A DNA stretch of 63,924 nt, filler included, from Phoronis australis (taxonomy: Eukaryota > Animalia > Phoronida), in NCBI GenBank assembly GCA_002633005.1. It is 5 parts of 5 records of this genome, joined end to end, with 100 filler letters (N's around TTAATTAATTAA, not from the genome) between each part and the next. Parts side by side here need not be neighbours in the genome. Positions count along the whole stretch, not along the records: positions 1 to 22,619 come from NMRA01001387.1; positions 22,720 to 43,861 come from NMRA01000395.1; 3 more parts are not named here. One strand, 5' to 3'. Shown piece by piece: positions 11,701-22,975 of this stretch. The notes under the pieces are model-generated. The model made no database searches, had not been told where the DNA came from, and saw only the letters and a list, made by a program, of their open reading frames with translations. The stretch's first letter is position 1, and every line of letters starts with the position of its first letter. A program made the position numbers and the translations under genes.

Positions 11701-14700
11701 CGAACTATGAAGCTGCGAAGAAAGCGGGTATATCATTTTTTCGACTTCCTCACGAGCCAGAAATGCTTAGGAAGTGGCTCGCGGTAGTGAAGAATGAAAG
11801 GTATGCTGTTAATAGCAAGTATGAGGCCGTGAAACATTTCCGTGTCTGTGGCCGGCATTTCGTCGACAGTGATTTCTCTGACGAATTCCGGCTTACCATA
11901 GAACTATTCATACTTTCCGTTGTCTGTGCATGTTCACGGCGCCTCTAGTATTTCTTGATCAGTGTATTCCGGTTTGAGCTGATAGCCTGTGAAACCTAAC
12001 TATCCGACACGTGAAGTCTTCGTCGCATGAGCTCTTGACTAAGTTGGGATTGGCGCCAGGCAAGTTGCCATGTAGATAGCTCTTGACTAAGTTGGGATTG
12101 GTGCCAGGCAAGTTGTAATGTTGACGTTTATTATTCATTTCAAAATGAATTATTGCTATCTTAACCAATGCTTATATAAAACTGAAACAAAGTCTGTCTC
12201 ATTAGATACAATTTGCAATGCCTGTATTTGTGGTTTTGAGAAACCAGCAATGAATAAACCACTGCGTTGCCGGCTTTAGATGCAATAAAGTAATTGACTG
12301 GGCACCGAGGCCGTGTGAGCGCATGCTAATTCAGTGTTTGCTGACAGAAAGCTGTTGTGAAACAATTACTCGATTTCATATGCTATGGTCACATGTTAGG
12401 GGAATCTTTATTTAGAAATACAAATACATTATTCAAATCATTGTTACTGTACAACCTTTGCCCTGACGGTTTGTGCGGCCCCCGACAAGTACGTAGATTT
12501 TCAGTTTCGTGGCTAATTCACATAAATAATTATGTGCACATTATTTCTTTGGATCACTATTATAGTCTTTTCGTGACTGGAGGTTTAGTTTCCAACTCGA
12601 GCTAGTTTATGTTCGTGCCAGTCCCGGCGGTCGCGACGGGCCTGATCGGGTTCTGAGCCACTGACCGGAACAACAAGCGTTTTGTGTGATTAGAACTCAA
12701 AAAATCACAAGTCTAAATAACACAGAGCTAAGTTCTCCTGTCTGTATTTCACGGAAAAATACTTCGAATTTATCTCCGAACAGACTCCAAACTCCTGCTA
12801 CTGACCTTGGTAAATTGGCCTGCCGAACTTTGTAGGCTACGGTGTGTCCAAATACTAATAAATCCGTAACAGTGAAATAAATCAACAAGTTTTTTTAGGG
12901 TTTTACAATGAAGTTTGATGATTTATTGGTGTTAAACAATGAATTCAAGCAATAAGCTGATACCAGTAACCCGTGCTATGAACTGCTGAACAGACTGCGT
13001 GTAAAACCAATGACGTCATTGGATAATTTCAACACCTCCGTCTGCCGTCAGGTAACGCAACCGAACGTGCCATTATCGAGTAGAACTACTCGATCTAAAT
13101 TGATACAAAACAGGTTGTTTCTTGGATGACATTCTCCTTTAATAAAGTAATTTGGTCTTGAACTCCCACTTCACGGTTGCTGAATAAAGGTTTAGTCAAG
13201 TTATTACGAGCGCATTGCAATAAAGGTTTAGTCAAGTTATTATGAGCGCATTGCAATAAAGGTTTAGTCAAGTTATTACGAGCGCATTGCAATAAAGGTT
13301 TAGTCAAGTTATTACGAGCGCATTGCAATAAAGGTTTAGTCAAGTTATTATGAGCGCTTGCAATAAAGGTTTAGTCAAGTTATTATGAGCGCATTGCAAT
13401 ACAGACACAAATTGTAGAAAGTATCTCAGTAACTACCAGTTATGCACATATTCTCAGAGATTTTGCACTTTTGCTCTAGTGAAGTTAAATTAGCTTTTTT
13501 GAAATAGTTGTGTGAAACGTAAGACCAAATTTTAGTCTTTTTTAAGTCAAGCAATTCACTCATTCATTAATTCATTCATCACTCCCATAATTCATTCATC
13601 ACTCCCATAATTCATTCATCACTCCCATAATTCATTCATCACTCCCATAATTCATTCATCACTCCCATAATTCATTCATCACTCCCATAATTCATTCATC
13701 ACTCCCATAATTCATTCATCACTCCCATAATTCAAAAGAATTTGTAATGAGCCTTCTCACGCAGTACCTGGTTTTTGAGTACACGGATGTAGGGATATAA
13801 CTGCCTGCGGCACGGTGTCGCAAATCACTTCGACACAGTCCGATGGGAAGAAGCCTACTTTGTAGTCCTTCTTTCCTCGCCACCAGGTAGTGTCCTCAGG
13901 TGGCGGCATGTCAATCACAGAAATAATGTCGCCCACCTAGAAAGAGAATCGGATTTGATTCACCTCAACGTTATACCACCAACAACTTATTTTCTTGAAA
14001 CCATCTCAGACACTCGGTAAAGGACATAAGTTTATTTGTTATACAGACGCGCAAATTTGGAACTCCGCAGATGCATCTAGGAGGAAAAGTCCAAACACTG
14101 TAACTTCTTGAGTAGACTATAGATGTCAGCACTGCAATATACAACTGAGGCAGCAAGAACAGTTTCAATAACCATGAATTACAGGCTTATTCAAGAGATG
14201 ACATTATTAACGTGGGAGACGAGGAGTAGCACAACTTACGTCCAGACTGAGTTCATCATATGACTGGCCTTGGTACCTTTTTACTACGTGAGCCGCAGCC
14301 ACACCTGGGATGTTGATCTCTGAGTCCTCGTGTACCATCAGCTGGTTACCTCGGTTATCCATCTAGAATGAGGATAAGGTAAGTTAAGTCCAAACGGCTT
14401 CACTGATACCAAATGCCTTATCCAGTGTAGAGATGGGAAGGGGCCCGGAAGGGCTTCATTCCCATACTTTTTAAACAACACCCGCACATTTATGCCATAA
14501 GATGAGAATTTAACACAATGCTCTATTTGCACAAGAGAGAATCTTGTAACAGTACTAAATGACATGCCTATAACCTGCCACTGTTTCCTAAGGACATCAC
14601 TGTTACCGAGCCTAGTGTTGTCAACACTCTTCATGTTTCCTTTCCCTTCACTATCATAGTCATAATACAGCTGTGACCACAGGTCATACCATCCAATTTC

Positions 14701-17700
14701 ATTCCTCACTATCCATTACTATCAATATGTTTGAAAACTGACAACAATAGGATGGGAAATCACACGATGTAAACTCTGCGTAACATGAAAATGAGCACAT
14801 AATACGGCTTAAAATTTTTAATAATGGTGCAGAGCTTTTCGAAGATGGCCCAGTTCCATATTTGCATACAAATAGGCAGAACAGCAATGATCAATGTATG
14901 GTAACACATAAAGGATTAGTCACAATACTGTTTACACAGGCTCACACATTCAGTTTCACATTCATGTTCACTGACCATATATTGTGCATAACAAATACAA
15001 AGTGAAAAAATGGTAGTTGGTCTGAAGTCACTTGATGAGAAGGCTGTATTCCATCTTCCAAAGAGATTCTGTGAAAATGTGACGTGCACTTTGACATATA
15101 TTCAGATTCTCCCCATGGCAACCATATAAGATTAATAAAAGCCCACATGCCTCAAGCCAGTTCAGTACTGGGCCACAGTTCACTGTATTGTTGACGGCTG
15201 TCAGCGTGGAGAAACGTTTCAAATACGTGGCCAGTGTCTGCTCAACTTCTTTCAGCTCCTCCTCTGACGTAGCGGCAACCTCCTTCCTCAGTCGCGGCAG
15301 TCGGCTGAACTTCCGATCATAGATACATTTGTGTAGCTGTTTATCCAACAGTCGGAAGTTCTCGTACGTGCGTCGTATGTACCACGAACTCGAGCCGCAC
15401 GTGACGCAGACGTTAAAGCTTGGCTCCTCCCCGTCTTCAATTCGCTCACAGAGTTTGGCCTAAATTTGTAAAGGGTAAAGGTCATCAGTGAGATGAAAGC
15501 CGGCCAGCCAGACAGGATGTCAATATAAGCTATGAATTATGGGAATTTTATGAGCCGTGCGGATTAGTTCTTCAATAGAACATGACTGAATGTGGACTAT
15601 AACTGCTGGAGGTCAGGACATTCAAAACAATGGTGATTTCAGTTAGGCAAGAGAATGAAAATATAAAAACACTATATATTGAAAGAAATATATTCTTAAA
15701 ATAAAAAGTTCTAGGAACAGGTCATTACACTAAACAACATTCCGCAGACAATGCTCCTCTTGAAGTATACCTGGGCTAATACTCATAAACTAGTGAGAAA
15801 CACTCAGTGACACTTGAAATTGTTGCTTTGGTGTACACTATATTCAGGTAACATGGCTTTTCATGTCACCAGACATGCTGAAAACAGCAGCCCCTAAGCA
15901 TGAAATACAAATGTAACTAAATGGAAGCCCAAATCAAAGGCCAAGAGAATGTCAGGCTGGTCAAAAGGGACATACTTGCCATCTTGCCACTAATCCAAAG
16001 ACAAGTAGAGATACTTGTTGTCTTCACAAAAACAGCCAAATCTATCATCACTGAACACTTATCTGAGCACAACAATGGCAGACGACAAGGTCATCATCAT
16101 GCATGATCTTAAACATGATGTATGAAAATGCATTGCGCGCTACAGCCAATAGGAAATTATTGTCTGTGTCTGACTGAAAACGGAAGTCATACTGAGTGGA
16201 TTCAAGCTCTGTGTTACCGGGCAACAAACTCTTCTGCAGAAAAAATTCATTGAAAACATGACTCTGCACTGCCAGTAGAATGAAAAGTGAAATTAAGACT
16301 CTGACAACAGATTCACACTGCAGGCTTTCTAAAAAGACTTCAGGTGATTTTGTAATATAATGACAGAAGTTATAATCACAGGATTGATAAATATTGGCTA
16401 ATAACAGACTAGTACCATGCTCACATATAGCTGGCATACATTCCATGGACACAAGAAATTTGCGAATCTAGTTAGAGTGCTTTGGTGGTATTTCTTGAAG
16501 TCTAGCATGATCTTGCATTTTCGTTAGTTTCTTGGGTCTACGGAACTTAGACCTGGTGACCAATAAGAAATCAACAGAATTATGAGAAAGTCTCTACAGC
16601 CAAAGGATCTGAATTATTTAAGCAAACAGAGGCTTCATACACAATTCATAATGAAGTCGGATTAATCAGACAACTACAGGGCTGGCATTCATCTAGCAGA
16701 CAATTATAGTAAAAATTCCCCCAATTTGGACAGCCTCTACAATCTGGGACATCGAAATTCAAGCCAAAATTGAATTTGCCTTTTCCAGAAGATTGCGATT
16801 ATAGCATTCATCATATTTTTCAAATATCAGACACTGTGATTTGTAGTCGGAAAATAGAAGCAGTCAAAAATAGTTGCCAATGAAATAATATCATGCGTCC
16901 CCAAGTGTGTAAAATCGAGGTTAATAATCGTTTGTCGCTGATCATAATTTTTGAATTCTGCAAGGCAAACATTGCCTAATTCTAGGATTTGGTACAAGCT
17001 TCGGCCATGAGCAAAATATACATTTTTCCCATTCGCGAATTGGAGAAATTTAACCCGGCATTAACTATTTTGAACCTAAAGAGAGCCAAAAACTAAAAAT
17101 AGTAATAGAAAGTCATCAACCATAAGTAAACTAGACAAAAATAATTACAAACACACAAAAGGCAACTCAAAGTAAAAAAAGAATAAAATTGAAACTGAAG
17201 CTGGAATCGATGTGACTTAATTAAAATGAAAAATTAGATTTCAATATGATTAGACGGTGTGACACCCATTTTGCATCTCGAAATGTCAATATTTAACACT
17301 CATTGTAGACCAACTCAGGAGAAGAACCATAAACAACAAAGTGCCTTCTGAGGAGTTATACAGCAATGGTTCTTTAACAAGGCGACTTAATTATACTTAT
17401 AAAAACATAGCTGAAACTAGAGAACTTAAGAGGCATCTTTGATCTGGATACAAAAAATCCCCAAAGCCATGTGTCCTACATTCGCTAACAAAATCACGGA
17501 AAAAGTCAATCGGTGTTCCCAAAGAAATCTGAAACATTGCCGATCAAATGCCAGAGAAATTGAAAACTTTTGTGAAAACTCGTAAAATCGTGTATAGCTT
17601 CGATTCTGAATAATTTAAAATCCCCCAAAAATGGCAAATAAATAAGAATACAGCAACTTCAAAAGTTGAGATTCTAGAAAAAAGTTCAAAATTGGACCTC

Positions 17701-18314
17701 AGAATGTCATAGTTCAGATTCAAATGAAACTACTTTCAGATACTATACTTTACGCACTGTTCTCCAAAATGCTGTTACGAATGTTCCAATTGTGAAGGGC
17801 TACCAAAAACAGGGTATTTAATATTTTTATTAAAAAAATCAGAAATTACATAATACACAAACAAAGTAATATATTTGACAGCTATAACAACATTTTTTGA
17901 GATGTAACCTTGAACATTTATATCTATGGAACATTGGACATTTTACTGTTGCTTAGCTATGGTTGTACCTTTCTTTTTTTGCTTAATTTTTATTAAAAAG
18001 ATACAGTCATGTGACCACATGGCAGATTGGCATAACATGAACTTGATGGAAGAGAGACTTATAAGCCACTTTAAATGTTCACCTTCCCATGCTACACTTA
18101 CACAGTTGCTAATTCTAAAAATCTCCAATTCTTAATTTCCCTTCTTGCCTCCTATGGCCTAGTTGTGGTTACCATAGTGACAAACAAAAACCAAGGTGTT
18201 CATAAGCATCCCTAATTAAGCATACTCACGTCTATATTGCCCATCTCAATCAGGTCATAATGGAAGTGAGCGCAGTCCTCGATTCTCGGGAACCGGCTGC
18301 TCAGGTCGGGCTTT
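2576..18314 (-). CDS. ARHGAP32: Rho GTPase-activating protein 32/33-like (PX-like, SH3 and RhoGAP domains; CdGAPr/RICS family), 11 exons, partial at both ends
   Basis: Exons 18230-18314, 15151-15459, 14240-14362, 13768-13936, 11176-11325, 8340-8442, 7326-7470, 6146-6243, 4003-4110, 3405-3532 and 2576-2744 splice in consistent phase. Peptides CAHFHY, SVIDMPP..WWRGK, KERVFGCDLGEHL, DGIYRLSG (arginine finger), [15 protein letters not shown] and NLAIVWAPNLLR match the family as recalled. Likely single pro-orthologue of ARHGAP32/33. Confidence 0.93.
3405..3532 (-). CDS. ARHGAP32: ARHGAP32/33-like exon (SKELETGSGTAVLRGVGIQAIITEYLIRYADYIFSDKLLSST)
   Basis: 128 nt, end of the RhoGAP domain, AG/GT boundaries. 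Confidence 0.88.
4003..4110 (-). CDS. ARHGAP32: ARHGAP32/33-like exon (TCECLMRHL...GMHPKNLAIVWAPNLLR)
   Basis: 108 nt, ttccag acceptor and gtgagg donor. Confidence 0.93.
4257..4926. repeat. 30-bp minisatellite, ~22 copies (ATGATACTTATAGGACGTCATAATGAGGTA)
   Basis: Direct reading; only C/T variation at the CpG. Confidence 0.97.
4981..5632. mobile_element. Foldback/MITE with ~270-bp imperfect inverted arms
   Basis: About 4981-5250 is the reverse complement of about 5350-5632 (e.g. GCAAGCTTGATACTGGTAT / ATACCAGTATCAAGCTTGC). Confidence 0.8.
6146..6243 (-). CDS. ARHGAP32: ARHGAP32/33-like exon (AAVHHG...KIHDVVQQLPPPHYR)
   Basis: 98 nt, ttttag acceptor and gtaggt donor. Confidence 0.92.
6642..6712 (-). 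mobile_element. HINE terminal fragment (microsatellite plus palindrome) next to a single-N contig join
   Basis: Matches the end of copy 2 (about 21838-21906). Confidence 0.75.
7066..7246. repeat. 40-bp minisatellite, ~4 copies
   Basis: CACACCTTAACTCAACTGTTAGTAAAACACGTAGTCGAGT. Confidence 0.9.
7326..7470 (-). CDS. ARHGAP32: ARHGAP32/33-like exon, RhoGAP (FSFDENQ...[30 protein letters not shown])
   Basis: 145 nt, tcgcag acceptor and gtaagt donor. Confidence 0.93.
8340..8442 (-). CDS. ARHGAP32: ARHGAP32/33-like exon, RhoGAP arginine finger (IPLVLETCINAIESQGIVDGIYRLSGVASNIQRLR)
   Basis: 103 nt, ttgcag acceptor and gtgagc donor. Confidence 0.93.
9840..10670. mobile_element. Mosaic dispersed repeat (DNA-transposon-like)
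   Basis: Parts match inverted 54170-54440, 23385-23480 and 37880-38360. Confidence 0.55.
11176..11325 (-). CDS. ARHGAP32: ARHGAP32/33-like exon (LRKHGKVISFLRTFF...KERVFGCDLGEHLLNTGTD)
   Basis: 150 nt, ttgcag acceptor and gtgagt donor; lies within ORF 11123..11353. Confidence 0.93.
11511..13138 (+). mobile_element. Kolobok-type DNA transposon (non-autonomous) in ARHGAP intron
   Basis: TTAA on both sides (11507-11510, 13139-13142); TIRs AGGAGAATGCCACCCGA versus AGGAGAATGTCATCCAA; contains a THAP remnant. Confidence 0.8.
11661..11948 (+). pseudogene. THAP zinc-finger fragment of a transposase
   Basis: C2CH signature CTVPAC..FFRLP..RKWL..RVCGRHFVDSDF; no in-frame ATG ahead of the first Cys and no downstream DDE domain seen. 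Confidence 0.8.
13183..13399. repeat. 36-bp minisatellite, ~6 copies
   Basis: AATAAAGGTTTAGTCAAGTTATTA(C/T)GAGCGCATTGC. Confidence 0.92.
13571..13734. repeat. 20-bp minisatellite, 8 copies
   Basis: TTCATTCATCACTCCCATAA. Confidence 0.95.
13768..13936 (-). CDS. ARHGAP32: ARHGAP32/33-like exon, SH3 (VGDIISVIDMPPPEDTTWWRGKKDYKVGFFPSDCVEVI...)
   Basis: 169 nt, AG/GT boundaries, phase fits the next exon. Confidence 0.92.
14240..14362 (-). CDS. ARHGAP32: ARHGAP32/33-like exon (MDNRGNQLMVHEDSEINIPGVAAAHVVKRYQGQSYDELSLD), start of SH3
   Basis: 123 nt, ttctag acceptor and gtaagt donor. Confidence 0.92.
15151..15459 (-). CDS. ARHGAP32: ARHGAP32/33-like exon, PX-like domain (AKLCER...RRTYENFRLLDKQLHKCIYDRKFS...NCGPVLNWLE)
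   Basis: 309 nt, phase 0-0; tttag acceptor; donor reads GAG|gcatgt (GC type). Confidence 0.88.
18230..18314 (-). CDS. ARHGAP32: ARHGAP32/33-like exon (KPDLSSRFPRIEDCAHFHYDLIEMGNID)
   Basis: ttttcag acceptor and gtgagt donor; conserved FP..CAHFHY motif. Confidence 0.88.
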
Positions 18315-18342
18315 CTGAAAAACAGAAAACAGGAACTCGCAA

Positions 18343-18479
18343 CATACGCTAACAGTGAATACAATGCAATAACTCACTTAATATCTGTAGGCCTTCATCT
18401 AGAGAATGCCCATACGCTAACAGTGAATACAATGCAATAACTCACTTAATATCTGTAGGCCTTCATCTAGAGAATGCCC
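18343..18479. repeat. ~68-bp tandem duplication near an acceptor site
   Basis: CATACGCTAACAGTG...GAGAATGCC occurs twice. Confidence 0.9.
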
Positions 18480-19777
18480 AAGACACCCTGTCTCAAACAT
18501 AGACACCCTGTTCACATTTTAACACCCAAGCAAAGTAAGTAAATAAGCATTGGTGTCTCTTTTCACTTGCTAATTGTACCTCATTGGCCTGTCCAGAATA
18601 AAAAAAAGTTAACTGATACGATTTAAAATAGGGTAAACTTTATTGCGGACCCTTGTCTCCACAGTAACAAAGGACGCTACAACAGCAATTTGACTTGGAG
18701 TCATGAAAACAGTCACGCACCATTTGTCACGAACACCCTGAAAATTTGTGAAACCCATTTTGAGTGCACTATTTTCGATATCCTCAATCAACTCCTGCTT
18801 CAAAATTCTGCTCCTTGAATCTCTTCAGCATCTGCAATTCCAAAGTGACAACCAAACAAACTGTACCAGCAAGTGAACTTAAATTGATGACCACATATCA
18901 AACGCGTTGAGGCGTTACTGTTAGAGATTCAATGGGTCACTTCCGCATTTCCAAACCGAACAGGAAAAGTGGGACAAAATCGCCATCTGGTTGTATAATC
19001 TGGCCTAAGGTTTACAGCCTTATGCTTGGAAAACCCGCATGAGGTCTTCCAAACCTCACACGAATTCCTGCTGTGCAGCAGCAGGTTATCAGCATGACAT
19101 CAAGGGAAGAGGGATAAAAATACATCTTGCTTCCAATCTCACAAAATGTCTACAACCTTTAATTTTTTAGCGGGAAAGAAATTTTCTCTCAAAATTAAAT
19201 CACATCACACGCTGCCTTGAAATTTCCTGTGACCTGGAAACCAATGACCTGTGAAACGGAATTACTTACTAATCTGTAGACAGAATGCACCCCTTCACCA
19301 GAACCAGCAAGAAACCACATCAGTAGATAACAGAGTACTATGAACTTATGACTGACCAGTTCAAAATCAATCTAAACACAACCTAACTAAAACAATCTAC
19401 ACAGCAAATTAACAATAAAACCAGCCATCATGCTTACCTGAACCAACAATATTTGAAAGTCCCAAACTAAATACACCGTGAACAAAACAGTAATCTACCT
19501 AAAAAATTCCATGATCGTCCAGTGGCTGGAGGACTCCAAATATTAACACAAAGCTATTGTCTCAGTGTCCCAGAGGGTCATACACTTGAGATTGGAATTT
19601 GTTTCCGATCACTCACTCGAGGGGACAGTATCGAAAACGAAATGCTATAGTGTACTGCCATCAGGGCATAGTCATCCAAAAATGATACATTGGTGGTAAC
19701 GCTCATTTGTCATCAAAAAGGGGCACTTGATGACACTATGACATAAGAAACCATTATGTAGGCACAATGCATTATAC

Positions 19778-21908
19778 ACAAGAGCAACGCAGAGCGTTGA
19801 AATGCGCCCACAATTGCACCGTATACGGTATCATTCTAGGGTTGTTTATTGGTACCATAAAGTGGCCAGTAGAGGGCATATATGTAGTATGTTGTACTTT
19901 GCAAAATGGAAAGGCATGGTCATTGTCCCCTCAATAGGCTAGGGGCAAAATGAGAGTGATCTTCATAATACAAGCACATCCTATACATCAGTTGCTTAAA
20001 GCACCACAGAAACATAGAATTAAAAACAAATTTACCAACATACGAGATTTGCACAGCATTAGAATGCCAGAAACAAATTTCTACTTGGAACTTTTCCTTC
20101 ATAGTCACGAAGTAACACAAAGTATACACCTGAAGACCTATGAAAATACAGAGGTCAATGTAAAATACTAAAATTGCCACTAGANNNNNNNNNNNNNNNN
20201 NNNNNNNNNNNNNNNNNNNNNNNNNNNNNNNNNNNNNNNNNNNNNNNNNNNNNNNNNNNNNNNNNNNNNNNNNNNNNNNNNNNNNNNNNNNNNNNNNNNA
20301 AGTAACACAAAGTATACACCTGAAGACCTATGAAAATACAGAGGTCAATGTAAAATACTTAAATTGCCACTAGAGGCATACCAGTAGTCAGAATCATCCT
20401 AAAGTCGTCATCGTTAGTTGTCAACATCACATAAATACACTTGCTAAATTTAGTAAAGATCCTGCAAACGGTTTGGGAGATACAGCCATGGGCGCAAAAA
20501 AAAACTGCCACTAGGAGGCGCCACAGTAATCAAAGTCATGGGAAATTCAGCGTCAACCGTCCTCTTCATAGTAAAAACATACATGCCAATTTTCACAATA
20601 CTTAGAGCGGCTTGGTTGATAGAGGGGTGGACGCCAAAAAACAGACTCAAAAACAGTAAAAATGGCCACCGGGTGTCGCAAACTAGGTCGAATCCATCCG
20701 AAAACGGGAGAATAACGTCATCGCACTAAAAGGTGCCTACATACCAAATTTCATGAAAATCTGTTAAGGACTTGGGAAGATACAGAGGTAAACGTAAAAA
20801 AATAAAATTGCCACTAGGGGGCACACTGGTAGGTGGATCCGTCCAAAAGTCATCATCGTCTGTTGTTAACATCATATAAATACACCTATTAAATTTCGTA
20901 AAGATCCTGCTAACGGTTTAGGAGATACAGCCATAGGCGCAAAAAAAACCCAAAAAACTGCCACTAGGAGGCGCCATAGTGGTCCAAATCGTCTGAAAAT
21001 CATTGTCAGCTGTCTTCTTTATAGTAAGCACATACATGCCAATTTCCAAAATCATCCTTTGAGCGGTTTGGTTGATAAAGGGGTGGACGCAAAAATACAG
21101 ACTCGAAAACACAAAAAATGGCCACTAGGTGGCGCAAACTATGTCGAATCCATCTGAAAACGGGAGGATAGTGTCATCTTACTAATAGGTGCCTACACAC
21201 CAAATTTCATGAAAATCCGTTCAGGACTTTTGAAGATACAAAGGTAAGCGTAAAAAACTAAAATTGCCACTAGGGGGCACACCAGTAGTCGGATCCGTCC
21301 AAAAGTCGTCATGTTCTGTTGTTAACATCATATAAATATACTTACACAATCGTCGGAAAATCATCGTCAACTATCCTCTACATAATAAGCATATACATGC
21401 CAATTTTCACAATCATCCTTTGAGCGGTTTGGTTGATAGAGGGGTGGATGCACAAAAACAGACTCGAAAACACTAAAAATGGCCACTAGGTGGCGCAAAC
21501 TATGTTGAATCCATATGAAAATGGGAGGATTGCGTCATCTCTGTAATAGTTGCCTACATACCAAATTTCATGAAAATCCGTTCAGGACTTTTGAAGATAC
21601 AAAGGTAAGCGCAAAAAACTAAAATTGCCACTAGGGGGCACACCGGTAGTTGGATCCGTCCGAAAGTCGCTATGTTCTGTTGCTAACATCATATAAATAT
21701 ACTTACACAATTTCGTAAAGATTCTGCGAACGGTTTAGGAGATACAGCCACAAGAATGGAACATATGTGCCAAATTTCATGAACGTATGTCAAAGGGTTT
21801 TGGAGATAGAGCAGCGGACGCCGGACGCCGGACGGACGACGCCCGGACGGACGGACGGACAGAGATGACGGCATAATGCGTCCACATATAAATATGTGGG
21901 CGCATAAC
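19778..21908 (-). mobile_element. HINE-like element, copy 2 (contains gap 20185-20299)
   Basis: Closely similar to 340-2291 from ACAAGAGCAACGC through the (GACG)n/palindrome end. Confidence 0.8.
20185..20299. other. Scaffold gap inside HINE copy 2 with ~75-bp overlap duplicated across it
   Basis: AGTAACACAAAGTATACACC...GCCACTAGA appears on both sides of the Ns. Confidence 0.9.
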
Positions 21909-21911
21909 AAA

Positions 21912-22460
21912 AGGCTACTAGGAGGTGCTGTAGTGGTTGCATCAGCCCGAAAATTTAATGGTGCCCGCGCATTGACATCAAATACCTCAGAGTCAACTTT
22001 CATTAAAATCCTTGGTTCTCTACATATCATCCAGAAACGCTATATAACAAAAATGGCCATTAAGAGACGCCAAAAAATCAAATGGTTCGGGTGCAATTTT
22101 ATCATATACCTGTATTAATTAAGTTTATATGAAATCCGGCCACTAGAAGGTGCTGCAGTGGTCGGATCACTGCGAAAATTTAATGGTGCTGGCACATTGA
22201 TATCACATACCTCCGTGTCACTTTCATTAAAATCCTTCAATCGTTTCATTACATGTCATCTGGAAATGCTCTCATACAAAAGGCCACTAGGAGGCACTGC
22301 AGTAGTCAAAACTGCCCAAAAACCAAATGGTGCCGATGCATCCGGAAATGTTCTTCTCCCCAAAACAACACTTGGAAAGCCCCTTGTCGAGACCAAAATG
22401 GCTACTAGGAGATTATGCAGTGAGTCGAATACGCCAGAAAATTTTATTGTGTTGCCGCAT
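21912..22460. repeat. Older related monomer array with CCACTAG(A/G)(A/T)GG motifs
   Basis: Recurrent GGC(T/C)ACTAGGAGG..CTGCAGT and AAAATTTAATGGTGC blocks. Confidence 0.5.
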
Positions 22461-22619
22461 TGATATCAAACACCTTTGAGTGAAGTTTCATTGATATCAA
22501 ACACCTTTGAGTGAAGTTTCATTGAAATTGATATCAAACACCATTGAGTGAAGTTTCATTGAAATTGATATCAAACACCTTTGAGTGAAGTTTCATTGAA
22601 ATTGATATCAAACACCTTT
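22460..22619. repeat. ~37-bp minisatellite running into the contig end
   Basis: TTGATATCAAACACCTTTGAGTGAAGTTTCATTGAAA. Confidence 0.9.
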
Positions 22620-22719
22620 NNNNNNNNNNNNNNNNNNNNNNNNNNNNNNNNNNNNNNNNNNNNTTAATTAATTAANNNNNNNNNNNNNNNNNNNNNNNNN
22701 NNNNNNNNNNNNNNNNNNN
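22620..22719. other. Artificial contig linker (N44-TTAATTAATTAA-N44)
   Basis: Six-frame stop spacer embedded in Ns. Confidence 0.97.
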
Positions 22720-22975
22720 AATGCTTGTTGACAGGGTTAGATTAGAGCTAGTGTCCTTGTATATAAGCTCCGCCCCAGTTGTCAATCACTGAGCTGGTGA
22801 GCACTCAAGCCATATGACTTACTGAGGTTTGGTCAAATATAGCTAAAAAAACAACTTTGGATTTTCAGAATGATTTTATATTTCTTCAGTATACTGTGCA
22901 TCAAGAATTAAAGATTAGGATGATATGAAAATGTAAAAAACAGTCAAAATTAATTTTTTTGTGTATCCACCTACC
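22720..22975. mobile_element. Possible Kolobok-like element end
   Basis: Ends CCACCTACC followed by TTAA; other end lost at the contig edge. Confidence 0.3.
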
